A stretch of 64,000 nt of DNA from Acidimicrobiaceae bacterium (GTDB lineage Bacteria > Actinomycetota > Acidimicrobiia > Acidimicrobiales > Aldehydirespiratoraceae): NCBI GenBank assembly GCA_009844405.1, contig VYBO01000130.1, forward strand, positions 12 through 64,011. Reading direction: 5' to 3'. A model generated the notes under the pieces. It saw nothing but the letters and a program-made list of their open reading frames with translations, was not told where the DNA came from and did not search any database. Made by a program: the position numbers and the translations under genes. Positions 1 through 9,402 of the stretch are shown in pieces (position 1 is the first letter of the stretch; each line of letters opens with the position of its first letter).

Positions 1-38
1 TCGAAGTGGCGCACTTGTCCGCTCGGCCTCTGGTGCGA

Positions 39-548
39 TCATCGCACGCCCATCGGGCTGGAGGTCGGCAGGGCTTCGCAGGCCAGCTTGGCCAGTTCGT
101 GGGCGTGGGCCACCGTCTCGTCGCTCAGGCGGCCGTGGAGCAGGTGGATGTAGTAGCGGCCCGAAGAGCGGTCGACATCGACGACCGCCGTCCCGGGACT
201 GAGCGTGATCGATGCCGACAGGAGCAGCATGTGCTCGCTGCCGGTGGCCGGCAGATCGACGGCCACGATGACCTCCTCCGTGCCGTCGTTGGGCGTGGCG
301 ATCTCGATGGCCACATTGACGGTCGAGCGGGCGAGGTCGACGAGGACCAGCCAAGCGAACTTGAGCAGGGGCCGGAAACGGATCACGTGGCGGGCGGTAG
401 GCCCCCGGTCGGCGGCCAGCACGACGACGGAGAGGGCCAGGCCGGAGGCCAGGTTGGCGATCGACACAGACCCCCACAGGCCGCACCAGACCATGACGAG
501 GCCGGCGGTGGCAACTGCCCGCCGCGGCGTTCCCGGGAACCTCCTCAT
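39..548 (-). CDS. mrpE: Na+/H+ antiporter Mrp/Mnh subunit E
   Basis: 169-aa ORF with a hydrophobic N-terminus and an MrpE-like body (..FAWLVLVDLARSTVNVA..). It lies directly downstream of mrpD on the same strand. Confidence 0.75.
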   Translation of the reverse strand: MRRFPGTPRRAVATAGLVMVWCGLWGSVSIANLASGLALSVVVLAADRGPTARHVIRFRPLLKFAWLVLVDLARSTVNVAIEIATPNDGTEEVIVAVDLPATGSEHMLLLSASITLSPGTAVVDVDRSSGRYYIHLLHGRLSDETVAHAHELAKLACEALPTSSPMGVR

Positions 549-558
549 GGTGACCGCC

Positions 559-2040
559 TCATGGCCGGACCGCCGCGATGTAGCTGGCCGGGTTGCGCAG
601 GCTCTCGGCTGCGTCGGTCGAGAGATCGAGCAGCGTTCCCGCGAACAGCGCCACCATCAGGGTGCCCGCCACCGCCAGCGCGGTGGCGGCATGCATAGTG
701 CGCCGGCCGCGGCGCGGGGCGGGACTGGGGCGGGGACCGTCGGCGCGCCTGCCCCAGAAGACCTCGTTCCAGATCTTGGCCATCGACTGCAGGGTCAAGC
801 CTCCGGCTACCAGCGCAGCCACCACCACCACGGCGCCTCCCTGGTCGACGGCGGCCGAGACGACCGCCAGTTTGGCCACGAAGCCGGAGAAGGGCGGGAT
901 CCCGGCCAGGCTCAGGGCCGGGATTGCGAACATCACGGCCACCAGCGGCTCGCGGGCGGCGAGGCCGCCGGACCGGTCCAGCGAGCTCGAGCCCTCGTGG
1001 TTCTCGATCAGGCCGCCTACCAGGAACAGGACGGCCTTGACCGGCATGTGGTGGATCAGGAACAGGATGGCTCCGGCCGTGCCGGCCACGGTGAAGAGGC
1101 TGAGACCCATGAACATGTAGCCGATCTGGCTGATGACGTGGAACGACAGGATGCGCTTCACGTCCGACTGCGCGAGAGCCCCGAGGACGCCGACCACCAT
1201 GGTGAGGGCGGCCACCAGCAGCATGATCGGCCCCAGGTCCTCCATTCCCATCAGGTTGTGGAACCGGATCATCGAGTAGATCCCGACCTTGGTCAGCAAG
1301 CCGGCGAACACCGCGGTGATGGTGGTGGGCGCGGTGGGGTAGGAGTCCGGCAGCCAGCTGAACAGAGGGAACACCGCGGCCTTGGTTCCGAAGACCACCA
1401 GGAACCACGCACCGATGCCGAGCCGGACCCCGGTGTCCAGCTGCGGTATCCGCTCGGCCAGCAGCGCCATGTTCACCGTGCCGGTGGCCGTGTAGACGAA
1501 GGCCACGCCGAACAGGAACAGCGTCGAGGCCAGCAGGTTCATCACCACGTAGGTCATGCCCGAGGAGACCTGGCTCCGGTTGCCCTGATGGGTCAGCAGC
1601 ACGTAGCTGGAGACCAGGATCAACTCGAAGGCGACGAAGAGGGTGAACAGGTCGCCGGTGAGGAAGGCCAGGGAGACCCCGGAGGTGAGCACGCACAGCA
1701 ACGGCCCGCTCAACTGCGGATTCGCCGCCCAAACCGTCCGGCGCTGGCCGATGGCGAAGATCTCCACCACGAAGATGATCGTCAGCGCGACCGGAAGGAT
1801 GAGGGCGGCGAACAGGTCGGCCACCAACACGATGCCGAGTTCCGGCGCCCAACCGCCGACCGCGACGGTGTGGGTGCCGTCGCGGGCGACGTTGACCAGC
1901 ATGATGTGCGAGGCGAGCGCGGCCGAGCCCAGACCGGCGAGGACGGCTATGTCACGTCCGAGGGGCTGGGAGCGAAGGGCGAGGCTGCAGGCCGCGGCCA
2001 CCAGCGGGCCGACGATCGCGAGGGAGATCAAACCGGTCAT
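559..2040 (-). CDS. mrpD: Na+/H+ antiporter Mrp subunit D (NuoN/NuoM-like)
   Basis: Polytopic membrane protein starting MTGLISLAIVGPL (ATG at 2040). It has proton-pumping NuoL/M/N-family features (..FTLFVAFELILVSSYVL.., ..WLPDSYPTAPT..). The longer ORF to 2478 is P/R-rich upstream and was rejected. ATGA-type overlap with the mrpC stop. Confidence 0.85.
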   Translation of the reverse strand: MTGLISLAIVGPLVAAACSLALRSQPLGRDIAVLAGLGSAALASHIMLVNVARDGTHTVAVGGWAPELGIVLVADLFAALILPVALTIIFVVEIFAIGQRRTVWAANPQLSGPLLCVLTSGVSLAFLTGDLFTLFVAFELILVSSYVLLTHQGNRSQVSSGMTYVVMNLLASTLFLFGVAFVYTATGTVNMALLAERIPQLDTGVRLGIGAWFLVVFGTKAAVFPLFSWLPDSYPTAPTTITAVFAGLLTKVGIYSMIRFHNLMGMEDLGPIMLLVAALTMVVGVLGALAQSDVKRILSFHVISQIGYMFMGLSLFTVAGTAGAILFLIHHMPVKAVLFLVGGLIENHEGSSSLDRSGGLAAREPLVAVMFAIPALSLAGIPPFSGFVAKLAVVSAAVDQGGAVVVVAALVAGGLTLQSMAKIWNEVFWGRRADGPRPSPAPRRGRRTMHAATALAVAGTLMVALFAGTLLDLSTDAAESLRNPASYIAAVRP

Positions 2041-2423
2041 GTCGCCGCCGGGTCCTCTGGCTCGGTCGGGCCGCTCTCGACCGCCGCGATGCGGCGGTCC
2101 TCGAGGTCGTCCTCGACCAGGTCGTCGCCCGAGAGCGTCCGCTGGCGCCTGGCCAGTGCCAGCAGGAACAGCGTCAGCCCGAACGAGATCACGATGGCGG
2201 TGAGGGTCAGGGCCTGCGGCAACGGGTTGGACATGTCCTCCGGCGCGGCCTGGCCGGCGATGGGCGGCCAGCCGGCCGGACCGCCGGCCGTGATCAGGGC
2301 GACCACCGTCGCGTGTCCCAGCAGCGAGTAGCCGAGGACGATCCGGCTCAGCGACCGCCCGGTCAGCAGGTACAGACCGACTGCGGTCAAACCGCCGATG
2401 GCCAGCAGGAGCGCGGTGCTCAC
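2037..2423 (-). CDS. mrpC: Na+/H+ antiporter Mrp subunit C (NuoK-like)
   Basis: GTG start at 2423 gives VSTALLLAIGGLTAVGLYLL.., a small 3-TM NuoK-like protein. It sits between mrpB and mrpD with overlapping stop/start codons. Confidence 0.8.
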   Translation of the reverse strand: MSTALLLAIGGLTAVGLYLLTGRSLSRIVLGYSLLGHATVVALITAGGPAGWPPIAGQAAPEDMSNPLPQALTLTAIVISFGLTLFLLALARRQRTLSGDDLVEDDLEDRRIAAVESGPTEPEDPAAT

Positions 2424-2872
2424 TCTCGCTCCCCACGGTCGGCGTCGGCCGGCGCGCCGGCAGCGAATTGGGCCGCACCCAACCCGTCGAGCGCTGCGAT
2501 GACGGTTCCGACGACGATCGCCGCCACTCCGAGATCGAACGGCAGAGCCGACCCGGTCTTGATCTTGCCGAGCAGGGGGGCCTCCACCGACAGCACCTGC
2601 TGGTCGAACAGCGGATCCCCCCACAGCAGCGGCATCAGGGCGACGGCGGCCACCACGAAGATGCCGACAGCCACCAGGCTGATGCCGTAGGTGGGCTGGT
2701 GGAACCCGGCGATGGTCCGGAGCGCGAGGATGGCCCCGAAGACCAGGCCGGCGGCGAACCCGCCGCCGGGGTTGTTGTGGCCCGCGAACAGCAGGTAGCA
2801 GCCCACGACGACCGCGAACGGGCCGGCCGCCCGGATGCCGAGACGGATCATGGGAGCCGATCCGTCGATCAT
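2420..2872 (-). CDS. mrpB: Na+/H+ antiporter Mrp subunit B
   Basis: MIDGSAPMIRLGIRAAGPFAVVVGCYLLFAGHNNPGGGFAAGL.. is the typical MnhB domain signature (GHxxPGGGF). The start overlaps the mrpA stop (ATGA at 2869-2872). Confidence 0.75.
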   Translation of the reverse strand: MIDGSAPMIRLGIRAAGPFAVVVGCYLLFAGHNNPGGGFAAGLVFGAILALRTIAGFHQPTYGISLVAVGIFVVAAVALMPLLWGDPLFDQQVLSVEAPLLGKIKTGSALPFDLGVAAIVVGTVIAALDGLGAAQFAAGAPADADRGERE

Positions 2873-5121
2873 GACGCCGAGCCTTCCCTGCCGGCTCCGG
2901 CCCGGGCCAGGGCCTGGACACCCAGGGCCACGGTGGCCAGGACCAAGACCTCGCCCAGGGTGTCGAGCCCCCGTATGTCGGTGAGGATGACGTTGACGAT
3001 GTTGCTGCCGCCGCCCTCGTCGACCGAGGCCGCCGCCAACTCGGCCAGCGGCGGCGCCCCGACGGGGTTGCCCGAAGCGGCCCCCAGCCCGATCACCACC
3101 GCTGCTCCCCCGAGTCCGGCGACCGCTATACGCACCGTCCGCCACCGCAGACCCGCCATCGGGAAGCTGCGGGAGAGGTGGCCGAAGGCGAGCACGAAGC
3201 CGACCACGATGGCCGCCTCGACCAGCAGCTGGGTGAGGGCCAGGTCGGGGGCGCCGTGGATCACGAACAGCGCCGCCACCGTGATGCCGGCCGCGCCGAG
3301 CGCCAGCCCTGCCCCGAGGCGGGTGCCGATGAAACACAGCGCGGCAGCCGCACCGACGACGGTGGCGGCCAGCACCCCCTGCAGCGGTGTGTGCCACCCG
3401 ACCAGGTGATCGAGGCTGATATCGGCCAGGAACGGGGTGGCGGCCAGGGTTGCCACAGCGGCCATGGTCACCAGGTACACGGGCAGCGAACCGTGCTGGA
3501 CCCGGGCGACGGTCGCCCGCCCCAAGGCCACGGTCCCGTCGATGGCGGCGTCCGTCCAGCGGGCCGCGTGGTCCGCCGGGGCCTGCCCCGGTCGTCCGCC
3601 CATGGCCAGACCGACGATCGCGCCGACCACCAGAACGACCGCCGAGACCGCCAGGGCCGGCTCCAGGCCGGGCCAGCGGTGGAGGTGCTCCACTTGCGCG
3701 CCGCCGCTCAGCCGGACCGCGGCCGGCCCCAGGACGGCGTCGAGGGGGCCGAGGGCGGCGAAGGCCGCGAGCCCGCCCACCGCGAGGACCGCGGGCGGCG
3801 CGCTCAGCGCGTGACGGCGGGCCGACAGCGGGGTCTCCGGGCCCGGTCCGAAGACCGCGACCAGGAACCGCGCCGTGTAGGCCACGGTCAGCACGGAGCC
3901 GCCGATCACCCCGAGGCCGACGATCCACGCCTCGGGGCCGTCGAGTTCGAGCGCGGCCTTGATGGCCGTCTCCTTGGCGACGAAGCCGAACAGGGGCGGG
4001 GCACCGGCCATCGACAACCCCGCGAGGGTGGCCGCGGCGAAGGTCACCGGCATGGATCGAGCCAGTCCTCCCAGCTCGTCGATGTGGCGGGTTCCCGCCC
4101 GCACGTCTATCTCTCCGACGATCAGGAACAGCGCACCCTTGAACAGGGCGTGAGCGACGAGAAGCGATACCGCCGCTAGCACGGCCGTGGGTGTCCCGAC
4201 GCTGAAGAGGGTGATGAGCATGCCCAGCTGCGAGATGGTGCCCCACGCCAGTATCAGCTTGGCGTCGCGATGGCGCAGAGCTCCGAGCGCCCCCCACAAG
4301 ACGGAGACGGCTCCGAAAGCGAGGCCGCATCCCTTCCACGCACCTATCCCGGAGAGAGCCGGGCCCGCCACCGCGACGAGCACCACTCCCGCCTTCACCA
4401 TGGTGGCTGCGTGGAGGTATGCGCTGACGGGGGTGGGGGCGACCATCGCGCCCGGCAGCCACGGGTGGAACGGGACCTGGGCCGACTTGGTGGCCGCGGC
4501 GATCATCACGAGCACCGCACCGACGGTGGCCGCGGTCCCGTCGACCGGGGCCAGCTCGCTGATCAGCGTCGTGCCCGCGGCGCCGGTCACGAGCAGCAGC
4601 CCGGCCAGCAGGACGAGACCGCCCCCTGCGGTCACCATCAGGGCGCGACGGGCCGCGACCAGCACCTCGGTGTCGGTGCTCTTGTGCCCGACGAGGAGGA
4701 ACGAGGTCACCGACGTCAGCTCCCAGAACACGAACAGCGTCCAGACCGAGTCCGCCCAGACCAGGCCCAGCATCGACGTCGAGAAGGCGAGCAGCGTCGT
4801 CGCGAACCTGCCGGTGCGGGCTGCGCCGGGCCCGAAGTACCCGAATGCGTAGACGAACACGAGGACGCCGATCCCCGACACGATCAGGGTCATGATCCCC
4901 GCGAACGCATCGACGCGGAACGTCATCGCCAGATCGAGTCCGCTCACCCAGGTCAAGTCGGCCGTCGCCGCCGAGCCGTCTCCGAGCCGGGCCGTGCCCC
5001 AGAGCGCGCTGAGCGCCGGGGGGACAGCTCCCACCAGCAGGCTGCTACGGCCCAGCCGGCGACCGGCACAAGCCAAGACCGCGCAAACGGCGACATGCAG
5101 TACCAGGAGGCCGAAGATCAA
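2869..5121 (-). CDS. mrpA: Na+/H+ antiporter Mrp subunit A (NuoL-like)
   Basis: 750-aa polytopic ORF in the NuoL/MrpA family (..WELTSVTSFLLVGH.., ..AATKSAQVPFHPWLPGAM..). First gene of the minus-strand mrp cluster. Confidence 0.85.
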   Translation of the reverse strand: MIFGLLVLHVAVCAVLACAGRRLGRSSLLVGAVPPALSALWGTARLGDGSAATADLTWVSGLDLAMTFRVDAFAGIMTLIVSGIGVLVFVYAFGYFGPGAARTGRFATTLLAFSTSMLGLVWADSVWTLFVFWELTSVTSFLLVGHKSTDTEVLVAARRALMVTAGGGLVLLAGLLLVTGAAGTTLISELAPVDGTAATVGAVLVMIAAATKSAQVPFHPWLPGAMVAPTPVSAYLHAATMVKAGVVLVAVAGPALSGIGAWKGCGLAFGAVSVLWGALGALRHRDAKLILAWGTISQLGMLITLFSVGTPTAVLAAVSLLVAHALFKGALFLIVGEIDVRAGTRHIDELGGLARSMPVTFAAATLAGLSMAGAPPLFGFVAKETAIKAALELDGPEAWIVGLGVIGGSVLTVAYTARFLVAVFGPGPETPLSARRHALSAPPAVLAVGGLAAFAALGPLDAVLGPAAVRLSGGAQVEHLHRWPGLEPALAVSAVVLVVGAIVGLAMGGRPGQAPADHAARWTDAAIDGTVALGRATVARVQHGSLPVYLVTMAAVATLAATPFLADISLDHLVGWHTPLQGVLAATVVGAAAALCFIGTRLGAGLALGAAGITVAALFVIHGAPDLALTQLLVEAAIVVGFVLAFGHLSRSFPMAGLRWRTVRIAVAGLGGAAVVIGLGAASGNPVGAPPLAELAAASVDEGGGSNIVNVILTDIRGLDTLGEVLVLATVALGVQALARAGAGREGSAS

Positions 5122-5200
5122 GGGCGCGCCTCAGCCGTGAGCATGAGACATTTTAGGTGTCGGGCACGGAGCCCGGGGCAGGAGGCCGACGGGTGGTTGG

Positions 5201-6601
5201 GTGCACAACCAGGTTCGACGAGGCTGCAATGATGAGCCGATGGTGTCAGATCCGGGAGACGACGCCCCCGCGCTGGAACCGTTCCCTTCGCCGGAGATCG
5301 ACGATGACCGCCGGTTGGCCCACCGGATCGCCATGCCGATGCTTCGCTTCTTCCACTTCCAGGCGGGGGGCGGCATCGCCATGCTCGTGGCCACGGCTGT
5401 GGCGCTGGTCTGGGCCAACTCGCCCTGGCAGGACTCCTACCACACGTTGCTGGACAGCCACACCCGTGTGGAGTTCGGCAATCTGCTGGTGCTCGACGAG
5501 CCGCTGGAGGAGTGGATCAACGACGCGTTGATGGTGGTGTTCTTCTTCGTCGTCGGCCTCGAGATCAAGCGCGAGCTCGTCGTGGGCGAGCTGCGGCGTC
5601 CGGGGGCGGTGGCACTGCCGTTGATCGCGGCGCTGGGCGGCATGGCGGTGCCCGCCGTGCTCTACGCCGCGTTCAACACCGGCGGGGAGGGCTCAGCCGG
5701 CTGGGGGATCCCGATGGCGACCGACATCGCCTTCGCGCTGGGCGTGGTTGCGCTGCTGGGACGCCATGTTCCCAGCTCGCTGAAGATCTTCCTACTCACC
5801 CTGGCGATCGTCGACGACATCGGAGCGATCCTCGTCATAGCCATCTTCTACACGGATGAGATCTCGCTCGGATGGCTGGCGCTGTCGGGCGGCATCGTGC
5901 TCCTGCTGCTCGTGATGCGCCTGATACGGGTCTGGTACACCCCGATGTATCTCGTGGTCGGGGTGGCGTTCTGGCTGACGCTCTTCGAGTCGGGGGTCCA
6001 CGCCACCATCGCCGGAGTTGTGATGGGCATGTTGGCGCCGGCACGCCCCCTGGTGAGCGAGGCGAGGTCCAGCCTGCTGCTGCAGCGATCGTTCTCGGAC
6101 GGAGCCGTCAGCGTGAGGCTGGCCCGGCAGGTCGTCTTCGAGGTCCGCGAGCGAGTGTCGGTGGCCGACCGGCTGGCCGACTTCCTCCATCCTTGGACGA
6201 GTTTCTTTATCGTCCCCGTCTTCGCGCTGGCCAATGCGGGCGTCGAGCTGTCCGTGGGCTCGCTGGGCGACGCGGTGCGGTCACCGGTCACCATCGGCAT
6301 CGTGCTGGGTCTGGTGGTCGGCAAGCTGGCCGGGGTCACCGCGTTCACGTGGCTGGCTGTACGCACGGGCTTGTGCGAGCTGCCGCGGGGAGCCACCTGG
6401 ACTCAAATGCTCGGCATCGGCGGGGTGGCCGGCATCGGCTTCACGGTGTCGCTGTTCATCACCAACCTGGCCTTCGAACAGCAACTGATCACGGATCAGG
6501 CGAAGATCGGCATCCTCGTGGCGTCGACCGTCGCGGCGTTGGTCGGTGCCACTATCCTCCGCTTTTCTCGATCAGCGGACGGGCCGGCGCCGGGAGCCTG
6601 A
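5201..6601 (+). CDS. nhaA: Na+/H+ antiporter NhaA
   Basis: 466-aa ORF with NhaA hallmarks (..VALVWANSPW.., ..INDALMVVFFFVVGLEIKRE.., ..GWGIPMATDIAFALGV.., ..LAIVDDIGAI..). The true start may be an internal Met (about 5240 or 5333). Confidence 0.85.
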   Translation: MHNQVRRGCNDEPMVSDPGDDAPALEPFPSPEIDDDRRLAHRIAMPMLRFFHFQAGGGIAMLVATAVALVWANSPWQDSYHTLLDSHTRVEFGNLLVLDEPLEEWINDALMVVFFFVVGLEIKRELVVGELRRPGAVALPLIAALGGMAVPAVLYAAFNTGGEGSAGWGIPMATDIAFALGVVALLGRHVPSSLKIFLLTLAIVDDIGAILVIAIFYTDEISLGWLALSGGIVLLLLVMRLIRVWYTPMYLVVGVAFWLTLFESGVHATIAGVVMGMLAPARPLVSEARSSLLLQRSFSDGAVSVRLARQVVFEVRERVSVADRLADFLHPWTSFFIVPVFALANAGVELSVGSLGDAVRSPVTIGIVLGLVVGKLAGVTAFTWLAVRTGLCELPRGATWTQMLGIGGVAGIGFTVSLFITNLAFEQQLITDQAKIGILVASTVAALVGATILRFSRSADGPAPGA

Positions 6602-6743
6602 GCACCCGGCAAGCGCCGGAGCGGATCGTTGGTCTGGCGGCACGCCCGTTCGTCCCCTGCCACATCGTGAACAAGACCTTGCTTATCCTGTCCGAGTCCC
6701 AAACAGTTGACGGGCACCCGCCCGTCGGATCGGTTGAATCTCC

Positions 6744-9362
6744 ATGGCCAGCGCCCTAGTAATCGTCGAGTCACCCGCCAAGGCGAAGACGATCTCCGGC
6801 TACCTGGGCCACGGCTACGTCGTGGAGTCATCCATCGGCCACATCCGCGATCTGCCCAGCCGGGCGGCCGAGGTTCCCAAGGCCTACAAGTCGGAGCCGT
6901 GGGCCCGCCTGGGGATCGACGTCGACAACGAATTCAAACCGCTGTACGTGGTCAACAACGACAAGCGCCAGCAGGTCCGCAAGCTCAAGGACCTCCTGGC
7001 TAACGCGGATGAGCTCTATCTGGCCACCGACGAGGACCGGGAGGGCGAGGCCATCGCCTGGCACCTGATGGAGGTTCTCAATCCGCGGGTGCCGGTGAAG
7101 CGCATGGTCTTCCACGAGATCACCCGGGCCGCGATCTCCGCCGCGGTCGCCGCGCCCCGAGAGTTGGACCGTCGCCTGGTGGACGCCCAGGAGGCCCGCC
7201 GGATGCTCGACCGGCTCTACGGCTACGAGGTGTCGCCGGTGCTGTGGAAGAAGGTCATGCCGCAACTGTCGGCCGGGCGGGTGCAGAGCGTCGCGGTGCG
7301 CATCGTTGTAGAGCGCGAGCGGGAGCGGATGGACTTCGTCAGCGCCGGCTTCTGGAGGCTCACCGGCACGTTCGTCCCGGCGGATTCTGCCGGCGGCAAC
7401 GGCAACCGGCCCGAGTTCACCGCCGATCTCGTCCAACTCGACGGCTCTCGTATCGCCGCGGCTCGCGACTTCGGCTCCGACGGCCAACCGACCCGGGGCG
7501 ATGTCACTGTGCTCGACGAGGCGGCGGCCACCTCGCTGGCCTCGGACCTTCAGGACGCGGCCTTCGCGGTTCGGGCCCGCACCTCCAAGCCCTACCGGCG
7601 GCGTCCGGCCGCGCCCTTCATCACGTCGACCTTGCAGCAGGAGGCGGCTCGGAAGCTTCACATGACCTCGGCCGCAGCCATGCGCACGGCCCAGTCACTG
7701 TACGAGAAGGGCTACATCACCTACATGCGCACCGACAGCACGTCGTTGTCGGCGAATGCGGTGGCCGCGGCCCGCTCCGAGGTGGAGAGGCGCTACGGCT
7801 CGAGCGTGCTGCCGACGGAGCCGAGGGTTTACGCCAGCAAGGTGAAGAACGCCCAGGAGGCGCACGAGGCCATCCGGCCCGCGGGCGACGCCTTCGCCGA
7901 CCCTTCGACGGTGGCCGATCAGCTGCCCCGGCCCGAGGCCCGGCTCTACGAGTTGGTGTGGAAGCGGACGCTGGCCAGCCAGATGACCGACTGCACCGGC
8001 GAGACGGTGCAGTTGCGCGTCGGCGCCCGAAGCGCCTCGGGCCGCGACGCCGAGTTCGCGGCCAGCGGCACGGTGATAACCCATATGGGCTTCCGCGAGG
8101 TGTACACCGAGGGAACCGACGCCGGGGAAGCGAGCGACACCGACGCTGAGCTTCGCCTGCCGCCGCTGCACGAGGGAGACGGCGCGGACTGCCGCGGCCT
8201 CGAGGCGTCCGGGCACTACACCCAGCCTCCGGCCCGCTACACCGAGGCCTCGCTGGTGCGGCGCCTGGAGCAGCTCGGCGTGGGTCGGCCCTCGACCTAT
8301 TCGTCGATCATGGGCACCATCATCGACCGCGGGTACGTGTGGAAGAAGGGCTCGGCACTGGTGCCGTCGTTCACCGCCTTCTCGGTGGTGAATCTGCTGG
8401 AGCGCCACTTCCCGAAGCTGGTCGACTACGCCTTCACCGCTGAGATGGAGGACGACCTCGACCGGATCGCGACCGGTGTGGAGGAGCAGGTTCCGTGGCT
8501 TCACCGGTTCTACTTCGGCGGTGACGACGATCCCGGCCTCAAGGAGAAGGTCTCCAGCCGCCTCAGCGACATCGACGCCCGGTTGGTGAACTCGATCCCG
8601 CTGGGCACCGATGCCGACGGTGTAGAGCTGGAGGTTCGCGTGGGGCGTTACGGCCCGACCGTGCAGAGGGGCGATGATTCAGTCTCCGTGCCCGACGGCA
8701 CCGCTCCCGACGAGCTCACCGTCGAGCGGGCCCTGGAGCTGCTGGCCTCCGGGCGCGACGAGCGAATTCTTGGCGCCGATCCCGCCACCGGTCTCACCGT
8801 GGTGGCCAGGTCCGGCCGTTACGGGCCCTACGTGCAGCTTGGACTGGGCGACGAGGTTCCCGACAAGCCGAAGTTCGCGTCGCTGTTCAAGACCATGGCC
8901 CCCGAGACGGTCACGCTGGAGGATGCGCTGCGGCTGCTGGCGCTGCCCCGCACCGTCGGCACTGATCCCGCCGACGGGGTGGAGGTCACCGTTCAGAATG
9001 GTCGCTACGGGCCGTTCGTGCGCAAGGGCTCCGACAGTCGCAGCCTGCCCAGCGAGGACAAGCTGTTCACGGTCACCCTCGAGGAGTGCCTCGAGCTGCT
9101 GGCCCAGCCGAAGACCCGGGGTCGGGCCGCCCCGGCCGCACCGCTGAGAGAACTGGGGGAGGATCCCGACACCGGCCGGGCCGTCGTGGTCAAGGACGGC
9201 CGTTACGGCCACTACGTCACCGACGGCGAGACCAACGCCTCGCTGCGGTCCGGCGACGCCGTCGAGGGGCTCACCCTGGAGCGGGCCTGCGAGTTGCTGG
9301 CGGACCGTCGGGCCAAGGGTCCGGCCAAGAAGCGTCCCGCCCGCCGCAAGCGGACCGGCTAG
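6744..9362 (+). CDS. topA: DNA topoisomerase I
   Basis: 872-aa ORF with a TOPRIM N-terminus (LVIVESPAKAKTISGYLG), the active-site region (..GYITYMRTDS..) and an actinobacterial-type basic C-terminal repeat tail (GRYGPYV motifs x4). Confidence 0.95.
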   Translation: MASALVIVESPAKAKTISGYLGHGYVVESSIGHIRDLPSRAAEVPKAYKSEPWARLGIDVDNEFKPLYVVNNDKRQQVRKLKDLLANADELYLATDEDREGEAIAWHLMEVLNPRVPVKRMVFHEITRAAISAAVAAPRELDRRLVDAQEARRMLDRLYGYEVSPVLWKKVMPQLSAGRVQSVAVRIVVERERERMDFVSAGFWRLTGTFVPADSAGGNGNRPEFTADLVQLDGSRIAAARDFGSDGQPTRGDVTVLDEAAATSLASDLQDAAFAVRARTSKPYRRRPAAPFITSTLQQEAARKLHMTSAAAMRTAQSLYEKGYITYMRTDSTSLSANAVAAARSEVERRYGSSVLPTEPRVYASKVKNAQEAHEAIRPAGDAFADPSTVADQLPRPEARLYELVWKRTLASQMTDCTGETVQLRVGARSASGRDAEFAASGTVITHMGFREVYTEGTDAGEASDTDAELRLPPLHEGDGADCRGLEASGHYTQPPARYTEASLVRRLEQLGVGRPSTYSSIMGTIIDRGYVWKKGSALVPSFTAFSVVNLLERHFPKLVDYAFTAEMEDDLDRIATGVEEQVPWLHRFYFGGDDDPGLKEKVSSRLSDIDARLVNSIPLGTDADGVELEVRVGRYGPTVQRGDDSVSVPDGTAPDELTVERALELLASGRDERILGADPATGLTVVARSGRYGPYVQLGLGDEVPDKPKFASLFKTMAPETVTLEDALRLLALPRTVGTDPADGVEVTVQNGRYGPFVRKGSDSRSLPSEDKLFTVTLEECLELLAQPKTRGRAAPAAPLRELGEDPDTGRAVVVKDGRYGHYVTDGETNASLRSGDAVEGLTLERACELLADRRAKGPAKKRPARRKRTG

Positions 9363-9402
9363 CCGCGACCTACTCGCGCGCCGGCGCGTAGCCTCAGGTG
9401 TC

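Noticed and set aside
205-2331. 708-aa + strand ORF, and similar long ORFs at 545..1852 and 2420..4462 (upstream part), overlapping the mrp genes
   Set aside because: These are antisense or off-frame shadows typical of high-GC DNA. The translations are Arg/Gly/Pro/His-rich low-complexity with no motifs, while the overlapping frames encode clear Mrp membrane subunits.
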